Below are positions 36,285 through 50,023 of a DNA stretch of 64,000 bases, in pieces. Under the pieces are notes generated by a model. It was not told the origin of the DNA. It searched no databases and saw only the letters and a program-made list of their open reading frames with translations. The position numbers and the translations under genes were made by a program. Source of the stretch: Nemertoderma westbladi (Eukaryota > Animalia > Xenacoelomorpha); assembly GCA_032718475.1 (NCBI GenBank), contig JAUCBJ010000321.1, positions 1-64,000 of the forward strand, given 5' to 3'. Position 1 is the first letter of the stretch, and each line of letters starts with the position of its first letter.

Positions 36285-38160
36285 CACCTCCATGCAGCAT
36301 AAAGGAGGTGCCACCTGTGGCTGCATAGACCCTTTCACTAGGGCAAATCTGGTCCGGTAACTAGGACCCCCTTCGTTCTGGGATAAGGACGCCCTTGGTC
36401 CTGGATTAAGGACCCATATACTTGGCTGCAGGGGTATATGGCCTGGCCAGGCAGATGGTGATCTACCAATGGCTGGTCAGGAGTAGAGTATTCTCATGTC
36501 CACTCTGAGTGCACTTCACTGCGACCTGCACCTGGCAGCAGGGGTAGGCCTACAGCGCATGGTCCAGCAAATGAGCTGCACAGCCAATGGTGGGTCATGT
36601 GCGTCAGAGTAGGTATGGGTGATGGGCCTCATATCTGACTCCACTGCGACACCCACCCTGTGGAATGGCAAACCAGGGTGTCCTTTCTGACCCAAACCCT
36701 GGGTCACCAGGGAGGCCAGATTGTGAGGGGGAGAGGGATTCTGGAGTTGGAGGCTACTCTCATGTTCCACCCCGACCAACTAAGCCATTGGTGAATCTGA
36801 GGCAAGTCACTAGACTAGCCTCACTTAACACCCTAACACTCAGGTGAGCTGACTGCCTTGGCAGATAAGCTTTCTCTTAGTGCATTAGCGGAGTGGTAAT
36901 TCAAGAGCACCGAATGCAGACTGGACAGACTGATGAGGTTCTGATTAAGGACATGGGGGGTGGTTGGCGACTCGCCCTCGCATCAGCAGATGATAGTGGC
37001 AATGGTGGAATTGGTCTATTGCTGAATCCAACTGCACATGCAGCATTGGAATCTCATTAATAGAACTAAACAATAGAATTCTATTAAATCGTATCAGGGA
37101 TCCCATTGAGAGACTGCTCCGTGGAAACCAGAATGGGTTCCGTAAAGGTCGTGGGACCACGGAGCCCATTTTGGCACTTAGAAGGATAATTTAAGAGTTA
37201 TCAAAAAAGAAAGACAGACATCTGGCTGTTATCTTTGTTGACTTCTTCAAGGCCTTTGATTCAGTCTCTCGCTCACGTATGTTCAGCATACTTTCATTAT
37301 ATTGGATTCCTGGTGAAATTATTGCAGCAATCAGATCAGTATACGATGGTTCGACAACATTTGTGTCTACTGTTGATGGTGAGACAGAACCATTTGAAGT
37401 ATTATGGGGAGTCTTCCAAGGAGACACACTTGCGCCATTCTTGTTCCTAATTGTGGTTGACTAATGTTCTACACATGTCCTTAGATCATCATAATGATGA
37501 TGGGGTGATGATAACTCCACCTACTGGTTCCAGAAGTCGAGGAAATCCTGCCAAGTACCTAACTGATCTTGACTTTGCTGATGACTTAGGAGTACTCTCA
37601 GAATCACTAGACGGAGCCCAACGGCTCCTTAGCTCTTTAGAACAGACTGCTTCTAGTGTTGGTCTTTTTATTAACTCCAAAAAGACCAAAATTTTGACAG
37701 TTAACTTTGAAAGTCCTCAGCAAGTCTCTGACCGGATGAGCATAAGCTCAAAGGATGGTATACTTGAGCATGTGGACGACTTCTGTTACCTGGGATCCGG
37801 AAGTCAGGTGAGGACCTTCGTATACGTAAGGGAAAAGCATGGGCATCCTTGAATAGGCTTTCCAGGATTTGGAAGTCACAGAGAATTAATCGAAAACTTA
37901 AGGTCCGATTATTTAGAGCAGCAGTAGTTACAGTACGCCTCTATGGGAGTCCATGCTGGGCTCTAACTGCTGAGGACACCAAATCTTTGGATGGCACATT
38001 CACAAGAATGCTACGCCGTTTTCATTGTGTCAAGTACAATGCACACATCTTCAACCAGCCACTATATAACATTGGAGATGTCTCATTGGTTTCCCCAAGC
38101 GTGACACTGGATCAAAGTCGCCTCCGCTTTGCAGGACATTGCTTTCGCCGTGAGGACCAG
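36285..38160 (+). mobile_element. RTE-like LINE with GC-rich 5' UTR, internally deleted and frameshifted
   Basis: APE start (LASLNTLTL, VVIQEHR); RT motifs QNGFRKGR, FVDFFKAFDS, GVFQGDTLAPFLF, DLDFADD; same family as 30625-31877; 5' boundary approximate. Confidence 0.88.
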
Positions 38161-39953
38161 GGGACTGGTGCAATATCTCAGGAGATACTTTTTTTAAAGG
38201 CTTGTAACTAAAGATTGAAATAAAAAATAGGGGGGGGGGGATGTGTAATAGAATTACTGTACGACACTATATTCCGGGGCATGGCGTTGTTGTATGTATA
38301 AAACGATACAATTATCCCAGTTCAATAACTTCTCAAATTAGCACGAAATTCCGTAACGATCTGGTTTGAAATTCCGTAACGATACCAATAAAGCTGTAAC
38401 TCCAAATTGCTCAGTAAATCTGCTTAATCTTTACCATGACGGGCATTTTGAACATCTCTTCTTACGCGCAATATGTTTAGTTAAAATTCAAAACTCAATA
38501 ATTCGCAGAACTTTCACTTTAAAAAAATTCCAAAAACCTCTTGTCTTTTTTTGTTTAATTCCGTGTGTAATTCTTATCAGAATAATTTTTCGCCAAGGAA
38601 AGGAACAGGTTGCAGAGACAGGTGGGGGAAGTTATGAACGCCCATGTGAAGAATACCAGGATTTCACTTTTCGGTCGACTTTTTATTGGAATTTTATATA
38701 TGAAGATTTTATATTTTTTTAAATTTATCTTTATTAAGTGTTTTATTGAGCTTATTACTGTCGTATCTGTACATACTGTATACTAATTAGTTTATTGTTT
38801 TGGTTAGATTTCAGCCCTTCTGGCCTTCTGTAAACTTTGTTTTTGGTGAAAACCTGGTATTCTTCACATGGGGGTACCTTCAAGGTGAAATATAACGGCA
38901 GAAAGTCTGGTATTCTTCACATGGGCCGTTATGAACATTGTATAGTTCAATTGAATTCGAAATCTCCAAGAAAAATGCTTTATGCCAATGTGGCTTCATT
39001 GGTTAGCGACTCTGGTGAAGCCTAAAACGCGTATAGCGCTCGATCAACCAGCGACCCAGTGACGTGCTTCCTCATTATTTACATTTCTGAACAAAATGTT
39101 ATAACATAGTTTTTAAGCCATGCCAATAATATTAATATCTACTGTATCAAGGCCTAACTCCTTTGTCTTGACTATGTGGTAAATATATAAGTTATATCGG
39201 GTCAGGTCTCAGGTGTATTGCGAACAGTCTGGTTAGAGTTTCTTAATTGGATGGAAATTAAGTAGATCTCGGAGGGGAATGATTACTTGTTTTAAATACT
39301 TCGTCAGCTGATTTAATACGTACTGCCAAAGTCAATGTTCGTTGCCTGGCACCATATACAACTGTCCGCTAAATCAACTATTCTGATAACATAGGCATAC
39401 AGTGTACTGCTGTAGGCCTAATATTGTACCCGGTATCGGTAACGCCATGGCCAAGGTACTACTGCTGTACTCTAGTTGTACCCTAGTACCCAAGCATGTA
39501 TGTATAATATTGATAGATGTTAGGCCCTACAACTACAGACAGCAGTTATTACAGCCGTAATAGTTAATTAAATCTAAATTACAACAAATTGAGCAGCAAG
39601 AACAGTAGTTTAGAGATCAGTTACAGCAGTACGGTAGCGGTGGGTAGGTCTACGCCTCGCATACAGTAAATGCACGTCATTCATCACTAACCCAGAATTT
39701 AAAGGCCCTTTTAAGTAAACCTTTGAGGTTTGCGATATTGATTTAGTTCCACCACAATACTACCGGTACACGTGTATGTCTGAATTTATTCACCAACGAT
39801 CAACGACTAACGACACTGTTCAGCAATCTGTATTTATAGTTCAGTAGTTCACTTGCTCGTTTTAAGTAGCCGGCAACATTGTGGCCCACTACCGTAGTGT
39901 AGCGGCGCTAGTTTACGCGAAATTGTTATACTCTCTATCTGTTCATTATATTT

Positions 39954-40715
39954 ATGGCGTCAATTAACCCGCTTTCCAACCCAAAAGGCGTCCAGCTGCT
40001 ATGCGAACTCTGTAAGAAACCAGCTTACCTACAATGCACGCGGTGTCGAGTTGCGTACTACTGTAGCTCAGAACACCAAAGGATTGACTATGTCGGCATC
40101 CACGAGAAGATATGCCAGTTGCTGATCCCGCTCCGACAGACAGGAGAGCCTTTCCTACAATCGGAGGAAGAGAGAGAGAACCGCAGACTCGCGTTGCTTA
40201 CCCGCAAACAGCATATGATCGACCTTACGCGAACCACAGGTCAGAAACTCCTGTTCCAGGGATCCTTCACTGAGGCTGTCCCGGCAGCTCTACAGTCGCT
40301 TGCGTTCAGCATCGACGTCTACGGACTGACTAGCGTCGAGTTGGTTCCTTCCTACCTGATCCTCGGTGAGGCGTCTATCGGCCTGGGACGGCTGGAACAG
40401 GCCGAGGAGTATCTCTCTCAGGCCCAGTGGACCGTCCTAAAATCTATCGACTGCGGGAACTTCTTTAAATCCCGTCTCTACCGCATTCTCGGTCTCCTCT
40501 ACTCAACCAAGGGGGATTGCGACGAGGCGCTTAGGAACTTTGCCGACGACGTCTTCCACGCTTCAGAGGAATTTGGTACCGACGATATTCGCACATCCGG
40601 TGGATATTACCATATGGCAAATGTGTTCTGGAAGTTGGAACAACCGGAAACCGCAAACAGTTTGTATCAACACGTTACTGAAATTTGGGCTGGTCATTTA
40701 CGTCGAATGGTAAAG
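39954..40715 (+). CDS. ZMYND12: ZMYND12 exon 1 (MYND finger + TPR-like repeats)
   Basis: INPLSNPKG..LLCELCKKPAYLQCTRCRVAYYC..EHQRID..GIHEKICQLLIPLR; AVPAALQSL; ELVPSYLILGEASIGLG; donor at 40716 (or 40710, same frame). Confidence 0.93.
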
Positions 40716-40805
40716 GTTGGTCAATTAATATTAGAGAGTAGAGGAATCCGGATGAGATTTACAAACTTCCATTGTATTTATTTTCCCAATTTTCTACCTT
40801 GGCAG

Positions 40806-40976
40806 ATACGATTACAGACTCCTGCGACACCCAAAGGCGTCGGACCCGAAGGCTCCGACAATGGGGTTGAGAAGCAGTTGGATGAGATGCTTGACGAAGC
40901 CCAAGAGGCGGAGGCAGTGCAAGTTCTCTCCCACATATACAATCAGAGACGGGACGATACCGACACAAAAGCCGAT
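40806..40976 (+). CDS. ZMYND12: ZMYND12 exon 2
   Basis: cttggcag|ATA CGA; LDEAQEAEAVQVL conserved; ends GCC GAT|gttagt. Confidence 0.85.
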
Positions 40977-41490
40977 GTTAGTAACCCAAACTACTCAGTG
41001 AGGGGGGCTGTAAAGGGGCGAAACACAACTGAAAAGCACTGTCACTTTAACCTGCTTCTTTCCCACAATATTAAATATGAAACAAATGCACTACTGTAAT
41101 ACCTACGACTGTATAATAGACTTCATGTTTTAATTAAATTTAATGGAATATCTTATTTATTACTTTACTAATTCTCACACCGCGCGGGGGTGTATCTTTA
41201 CTTTAATTTAAAAAATTAACTAAAAAAATATCCTCGCACAAATGCAACTTTCGAACGCCAATATTCGCCCTATTTTGCAACGAAATCGAGATTGTGTTTC
41301 ATATTTGGAGTCCTTGCGTGGCCAGGATTCCGAACAATGACCTACTACAATATTATTATTATAATTAGTTATATTTTAATATATCTTAAAACTTATGAAT
41401 CCTTCGCTTCATTATCTGTATAAAGCGCTATTTTCTCTGTATTTTCATTATGTGGTTCGAATTCATTTTATTTTATTTATGCTGAACAGC

Positions 41491-44400
41491 AATTTGTCAC
41501 TATCTCGCTGCAGAGGTTATGATGTTAATTTGCCACTATCTCGCTACAGGTAATCATGTTAATTTGCCACTATCTTGCTACAGATAATGATGTTAATTTG
41601 CCACTATCTCGCTACAGGTAATAATGTTAATTTGCCACTATCTCGCTGTGGGTAATGATGTTAATTTGCCACTATCTCGCTACAGGTAATGATGTTAATT
41701 TGCCACTATCTCGCTACAGGTAATCATGTTAATTTGCCACTATCTCGCTACAGGTAATCATGTTAATTTGCCACTATCTTGCTACAGGTAATGATGTTAA
41801 TTTGCCACTATCTCGCTACAGGTAATAATGTTAATTTGCCACTATCTCGCTGTGGGTAATGATGTTAATTTGCCACTATCTCGCTACAGGTAATGATGTT
41901 AATTTGCCACTATCTCGCTACAGGTAATCATGTTAATTTGCCACTATCTTGCTACAGGTAATCATGTTAATTTGCCACTATCTCGCTACAGGTAATAATG
42001 TTAATTTGCCACTATCTCGCTGTGGGTAATGATGTTAATTTGCCACTATCTCGCTACAGGTAATGATGTTAATTTGCCACTATCTCGCTACCGGTAATCA
42101 TGTTAATTTGCCACTATCTCGCTACAGGTAATCATGTTAATTTGCCACTATCTGGGCTACAGGTAATCATGTTAATTTGCCACTATCTCGCTGTAGGTTA
42201 TGATGTTAATTTGCCATATCTCGCTACAGGTAATCATGTCAATTTGCCACTATCTCGCTACAGGTAATCATGTTAATTTGCCACTATCTTGCTACAGGTA
42301 ATGATGTTAATTTGACACTATCTCGCTGTGGGTAATGATGTTAATTTGCCACTATCCCGCTACAGTTTATGATGTTTATTTGCCACTATCTTGCTATTAT
42401 CTTGCTACGGGTAATGATGTTAATTTTCCACTATCTTGCTACAGGTAATGATGTTAATTTGCCACTATCCCGCTACAGGTTATGATGTTAATTTGCCACT
42501 ATCTCGCTGTAGGTAATGATGTTAATTTGCCACTATCTCGCTACAGGTTATGATGTTAATTTGCCACTATCTGGGATACAGGTAATGATGTTAATTTGCC
42601 ACTATCTGGGCTACAGGTAATCAGGTTAATTTGCCACTATCTCGCTACAGGTAATCAGGTTAATTTGCCACTATCTCGCTGTAGGTAATGATGTTAATTT
42701 GCCACTATCTCGCTACAGGTAATCATGTTAATTTGCCACTATCTTGCTATTATCTTGCTACGGGTAATGATGTTAATTTGCCACTATCTTGCTACAGGTA
42801 ATGATGTTAATTTGCCACTATCTCGCTACTGGTAATGATGTTAATTTGCCACCATATCTCTACAGGTTATGATGTTAATTTGCCACTATCCTGCTACAGG
42901 TTATGATGTTAATTTGCCACTATCTTGCTACGGGTAATGATGTTAATTTGCCACTATCTTGCTACAGGTAATGATGTTAATTTGCCACTATCTCGCTACA
43001 GGTAATCATGTTAATTTGCCACCATCTCTCTACAGGTTATGATATTAATTTGCCACTATCTCGCTACAAGTAATAATGATGTTAATTTGCCACTATCTCG
43101 CTACAGGTAATGATGTTAATTTGCCATTATCTTATTACAGTTTATGATGTTAATTTGCCACTATCTCGCTACAGGTAATAATGATGTTAATTTGCCACTA
43201 TCTCGCTACAGGTAATAATGATGTTAATTTGCCACTATCCCACTACAGGTTATGATGTTAATTTGCCACTATCCCGCTACAGGTTATGATGTTAATTTGT
43301 CATTATCTTGCTACAGGTTATGATGTTAATTTGCCACTATCTGGGCTACTGGTAATCATGTTAATTTGCCACTATCTCGCTGTAGGTAATGATGTTAATT
43401 TGCCACCATCTCTCTACAGGTTATGATGTTAATTTGCCACTATCTCGCTGTAGGTAATGATGTTAATTTGCCACTATCTCGCTACAGGTTATGATGTTAA
43501 TTTGCCACTATCCCGCTACAGGTTATGATGTTAATTTGCCACTATTCCGCTACTGGTTTTGATGTTAATTTGCCACTATCCCGCTACAGGTAATAATGAT
43601 GTTAATTTGCCACTATCTCGCTGTAGGTAATGATGTTAATTTGCCACTATCTCGCTGTAGGTAATGATGTTAATTTGCCACTATCCGCTACAGGTTATGA
43701 TGTTAATTTGCCACTATCCCGCTACAGGTTTTGATGTTAATTTGCCTCTATCCCGCTACAGGTAATAATGATGTTAATTTGCCACTATCTTGCTACAGGT
43801 AATGATGTTAATTTGCCACTATCTCGCTACAGGTTATGATGTTAATTTGCCTCTATCCCGCTACAGGTTTTGATGTTAATTTGCCTCTATCCCGCTACAG
43901 GTTTTGATGTTAATTTGCCACTATCCCGCTACAGGTTTTGATGTTAATTTGCCTCTATCCCGCTACAGGTAATAATGATGTTAATTTGCCACTATCTTGC
44001 TACAGGTAATGATGTTAATTTGCCACTATCCCGCTACAGGATATGATGTTAATTTGCCACTATCCCGCTACAGGTTATGATGTTAATTTGCCACTATCCC
44101 GCTACAGGTTATGATGTTAATTTGCCACTATCCCGCTACTGGTTTTGATGTTAATTTGCCACTATCCCGCTACAGGTAATAATGATGTTAATTTGCCACT
44201 ATCTCGCTGTAGGTAATGATGTTAATTTGCCACTATCTCGCTGTAGGTAATCATGTTAATTTGTCACTATCCCGCTACAGGTTATGATGTTAATTTGCCA
44301 CTATCTCGCTGTAGGTAATGATGTTAATTTGCCACTATCTCGCTGCAGGTAATGATGTTAATTTGCCACTATCCCGCTACAGGTTATGATGTTAATTTGC

Positions 44401-46780
44401 CACTATCCCGCTACAGGTTATGATGTTAATTTGCCACTATCCCGCTACAGGTTTTGATGTTAATTTGCCACTATCCCGCTACAGGTAATAATGATGTTAA
44501 TTTGCCACTATCCCGCTACATGTTATGATGTTAATTTGCCACTATCCCGCTACAGGTTTTGATGTTAATTTGCCACTATCCCGCTACAGGTTATAATGAT
44601 GTTAATTTGCCACTATCCCGCTACAGGTTATGATGTTAATTTGCCACTATCCCGCTACAGGTTTTGATGTTAATTTGCCACTATCCCGCTACAGGTAATA
44701 ATGATGTTAATTTGCCACTATCTCGCTGTAGGTAATGATGTTAATTTGCCACTATCTCGCTGTAGGTAATGATGTTAATTTGCCACTATCTCGCTGTAGG
44801 TAATGATGTTAATTTGCCACTATCTCGCTACAGGTTATGATGTTAATTTGCCACTATCCCGCTACAGGTTATGATGTTAATTTGCCACTATCCCGCTACT
44901 GGTTTTGATGTTAATTTGCCACTATCCCGCTACAGGTTATGATGTTAATTTGCCACTATCCCGCTACAGGTTTTGATGTTAATTTGCCACTATCCCGCTA
45001 CAGGTAGTAATGATGTTAATTTGCCACTATCCCGCTACAGGTAATAATGATGTTAATTTGCCACTATCTCGCTGTAGGTAATGATGTTAATTTGCCACTA
45101 TCTCGCTGTAGGTACTGATGTTAATTTGCCACTATCCCGCTACAGGTTATGATGTTAATTTGCCACTATCCCGCTACAGGTTTTGATGTTAATTTGCCAC
45201 TATCCCGCTACAGGTAGTAATGATGTTAATTTGCCACTATCTTGCTACAGGTAATGATGTTAATTTGCCACTATCCCGCTACAGGTTATGATGTTAATTT
45301 GTCACTATCCCGCTACAGGTTATGATGTTAATTTGCCACTATCTCGCTGTAGGTAATGATGTTAATTTGCCACTATCTCGCTGCAGGTAATGATGTTAAT
45401 TTGCCACTATCCCGCTACAGGTTATGATGTTAATTTGCCACTATCCCGCTACAGGTAATAATGATGTTAATTTGCCACTATCCCGCTACATGTTATGATG
45501 TTAATTTGCCACTATCCCGCTACAGGTTTTGATGTTAATTTGCCACTATCCCGCTACAGGTTTTGATGTTAATTTGCCACTATCCCGCTACAGGTAATAA
45601 TGATGTTAATTTGCCACTATCTTGCTACAGGTAATGATGTTAATTTGCCACTATCCCGCTACAGGTTATGATGTTAATTTGTCACTATCCCGCTACAGGT
45701 TATGATGTTAATTTGCCACTATCTCGCTGTAGGTAATGATGTTAATTTGCCACTATCTCGCTGCAGGTAATGATGTTAATTTGCCACTCTCCCGCTACAG
45801 GTTATTATGTTAATTTGCCACTATCCCGCTACAGGTTATGATGTTAATTTGCCATTATCCCGCTACAGGTTATGATGTTAATTTGCCACTATCCCGCTAC
45901 AGGTTATGATGTTAATTTGCCACTATCCCGCTACAGGTAATCATGTTAATTTGCCACTATCTCGCTGCAGGTAATCATGTTAATTTGCCATTATCTTGCT
46001 ACAGGTTATGATGTTAATTTGCCACTATCTCGCTGTAGGTAATGATGTTAATTTGCCACTATCCCGCTACAGGTAATCATGTTAATTTGCCATCATTTCT
46101 CTACAGGTTATGATGTTAATTTGACACTATCTCGCTGTAGGTAATGATGTTAATTTGCCACTATCTCGCTACAGGTTATGATGTTAATTTGCCACTATCT
46201 TGCTACAGGTGATCATGTTAATTTGCCACTATCTCGCTACAGGTAATGATGTTAATTTGCCACTATCTCGCTGCAGGTAATCATGTTAATTTGCCATTAT
46301 CTTGCTACAGGTTATGATGTTAATTTGCCACTATCTCGCTGTAGGTAATGATGTTAATTTGCCACTATCCCGCTACAGGTAATCATGTTAATTTGCCATC
46401 ATTTCTCTACAGGTTATGATGTTAATTTGCCACTATCTCGCTGAAGGTAATGATGTTAATTTGACACTATCCCGCTACAGGTTATGATGTTAATTTGCCA
46501 CTATCTCGCTGTAGGTAATGATGTTAATTTGCCACTATCCCGCTACAGGTAATCATGTTAATTTGCCATCATTTCTCTACAGGTTATGATGTTAATTTGC
46601 CACTATCTCGTTGTAGGTAATGATGTTAATTTGACACTATCCCGCTACAGGTTATCATGTTAATTTGCCACTATCTCTCTACAGGTTATGATGTTAATTT
46701 GCCACTATCTCTCTACAGGTTATGATGTTAATTTGCCACTATCTTGCTACAGGTTATGATGTTAATTTGCCATTGTCTCG
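41491..46780 (+). repeat. 34-bp intronic satellite (gtWatgatgttaatttgccactatcYcgctacag)n, roughly 155 copies
   Basis: Direct reading; runs without a break into the final ZMYND12 exon. Confidence 0.97.
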
Positions 46781-46980
46781 CGATGCTACGGAACATCCAG
46801 AGAATCGACGTAGAATCCTTGGCTTTCGCTCGAGAGGCTCGTGGATACGCTGAGACGATAACCGGTAACCAAGGGAGACGATTGGTTACAGATGTTATTG
46901 AGTTTGCCAGCATGTTGGAGCCCTACAAGCCGCCAACGCCAATCGCTGGGGATGAGACAGATGTTATAGGCGCCGCCTAG
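46753..46980 (+). CDS. ZMYND12: ZMYND12 terminal exon
   Basis: ctacag|GTT ATG ATG TTA; VMMLICHCLAMLRNI...; phase 0 matches exon 2; TAG then AATAAA near 46999. Confidence 0.8.
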   Translation, partial: VMMLICHCLAMLRNIQRIDVESLAFAREARGYAETITGNQGRRLVTDVIEFASMLEPYKPPTPIAGDETDVIGAA

Positions 46981-47252
46981 AGAACAGATCAGAAAGTTAA
47001 TAAACCATATTTTTATCGCAAAAAAACATAATTTGATTTAAAATATCAATTATCATTGTAAATATTTGTATATATTGTAGAATGTTTATAACATTGTAAT
47101 TGTATTATATATTGTATAAATTGTTTATAATATTATAATTGTATATATTGAAATATATTTATTGTAATTATTTAACGAACCATCACCAAATTAATATTTA
47201 ACTTTTAAATTTATTGACATTATTTTAATTACTTTTGTTTCGCATTGCTTGT

Positions 47253-49644
47253 TATATTAGGTGTATCGTATACCTCCGATATAAAAAAACATTGGCGCTA
47301 TAATATTAGGTGTATCGTATATATACCTCCGATATAAAAAAACATTGGCGCTATAATATTAGGTGTATCGTATAACTCCAATATAAAAAAACATTGGCGC
47401 TATAATATTAGGTGTATCGTATACCTCCGATATAAAAAAACATTGGCGCTATAATATTAGGTGTATCGTATACCTCCGATATAAAAAAACATTGGCGCTA
47501 TAATATTAGGTGTATCGTATACCTCCGATATAAAAAAACATTGGCGCTATAATATTAGGTGTATCGTATACCTCCGATATAAAAAAACATTGGCGCTATA
47601 ATATTAGGTGTATCGTATACCTCCGATATAAAAAAAACATTGGCGCTATAATATTAGGTGTATCGTATACCTCCGATATAAAAAAAACATTGGCGCTATA
47701 ATATTAGGTGTATCGTATACCTCCGATATAAAAAAAACATTGGCGCTATAATATTAGGTGTATCGTATACCTCCGATATAAAAAAAAACATTGGCGCTAT
47801 AATATTAGGTGTATCGTATACCTCCGATATAAAAAAACATTGGCGCTATAATATTAGGTGTATCGTATACCTCCGATATAAAAAAAACATTGGCGCTATA
47901 ATATTAGGTGTATCGTATACCTCCGATATAAAAAAAAACATTGGCGCTATAATATTAGGTGTATCGTATACCTCCGATATAAAAAAACATTGGCGCTATA
48001 ATATTAGGTGTATCGTATACCTCCGATATAAAAAAAACATTGGCGCTATAATATTAGGTGTATCGTATACCTCCGATATAAAAAAACATTGGCGCTATAA
48101 TATTAGGTGTATCGTATAACTCCGATATAAAAAAAACATTGGCGCTTTAAAATTAGGTGTATCGTATACCTCCCATATAAAAAAACCATTGGCGCTATAA
48201 TATTGGGTGTATCGTATACCTCCGATATAAAAAAAAACATTGGCGCTATAATATTAGGTGTATCGTATACCTCCGATATAAAAAAACATTGGCGCTATAA
48301 TATTAGGTGTATCGTATACCTCCGATATAAAAAAAACATTGGCGCTATAATATTAGGTGTATCGTATACCTCCGATATAAAAAAACATTGGCGCTATAAT
48401 ATTAGGTGTATCGTATACCTCCGATATAAAAAAAACATTGGCGCTATAATATTAGGTGTATCATATACCTCCGATATAAAAAAAACATTGGCGCTATAAT
48501 ATTAGGTGTATCGTATACCTCCGATATAAAAAAAACATTGGCGCTATAATATTAGGTGTATCGTATAACTCCAATATAAAAAAAACATTGGCGCTATAAT
48601 ATTAGGTGTATCGTATACCTCCGATATAAAAAAACATTGGCGCTATAATATTAGGTGTATCGTATACCTCCGATATAAAAAAACATTGGCGCTATAATAT
48701 TAGGTGTATCGTATAACTCCGATATAAAAAAAACATTGGCGCTATAATATTAGGTGTATCGTATAACTCCGATATAAAAAAAACATTGGCGCTATAATAT
48801 TAGGTGTATCGTATACCTCTGATATAAAAAAACATTGGCGCTATAATATTAGGTGTATCGTATACCTCCGATATAAAAAAACATTGGCGCTATAATATTA
48901 GGTGTATCGTATACCTCCGATATAAAAAAAACATTGGCGCTATAATATTAGGTGTATCGTATACCTCCGATATAAAAAAACATTGGCGCTATAATATTAG
49001 GTGTATCGTATACCTCCGATATAAAAAAACATTGGCGCTATAATATTAGGTGTATCGTATACCTCCGATATAAAAAAAACATTGGCGCTATAATATTAGG
49101 TGTATCATATACCTCCGATATAAAAAAACATTGGCGCTATAATATTAGGTGTATCATATACCTCCGATATAAAAAAACATTGGTGCTATAATATTAGGTG
49201 TATCGTATACCTCCGATATAAAAAAAAACATTGGCGCTATAATATTAGGTGTATCGTATACCTCCGATATAAAAAAACATTGGTGCTATAATATTAGGTG
49301 TATCGTATACCTCCGATATAAAAAAACATTGGCGCTATAATATTAGGTGTATCGTATACCTCCGATATAAAAAAACATTGGCGCTATAATATTAGGTGTA
49401 TCGTATACCTCCGATATAAAAAAAACATTGGCGCTATAATATTAGGTGTATCATATACCTCCGATATAAAAAAACATTGGCGCTATAATATTAGGTGTAT
49501 CATATACCTCCGATATAAAAAAACATTGGTGCTATAATATTAGGTGTATCGTATACCTCCGATATAAAAAAAAACATTGGCGCTATAATATTAGGTGTAT
49601 CGTATACCTCCGATATAAAAAAAACATTGGCGCTATAATATTAG
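47253..49644. repeat. 49-51-bp satellite, ~48 copies
   Basis: gtgtatcgtatacctccgatat(a)ncattggcgctataatattag. Confidence 0.97.
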
Positions 49645-49647
49645 TAA

Positions 49648-50023
49648 GGGGCCGTCCAAGTATGACGTCAGCACTTTAGGGGGGGGGGGGGTTGGGAAAA
49701 TCTGATGACGCGCTGATGATGGGAGGGGAGGGGGTCAGCCAAAATCTGACGTCAGTATGTTCATTTATAGGTGCTAGAATAGATATAGCAGAAGAGTAAT
49801 TAGCTTGCCTATTTTAATTGTTCGAAGCCCCCGAAGGCCCGTAGCCGACCTTCTGTTTCAGTTACCAGTCACCATGTTTCAGTGATTAGGACGCGAAAAT
49901 TTATTTAATCTGATTTAGGGGAGGGGGGGGGGGGGTCAATGCCTATCTGATGACATCTGATTTAGGGGAGGGAGGGGGTCAACATTTTGGGGAAAAGTGC
50001 AGACGCCATACTTGGACGGCCCC
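49648..50023. mobile_element. PIF/Harbinger-type MITE
   Basis: TAA|ggggccgtccaagtatgacgtc ... gacgccatacttggacggcccc|TAA. Confidence 0.9.

Noticed and set aside
40977-41099. ORF-track C-terminus of ZMYND12 (VSNPNYS...)
   Set aside because: Read-through past a GT donor into repeat-derived intron
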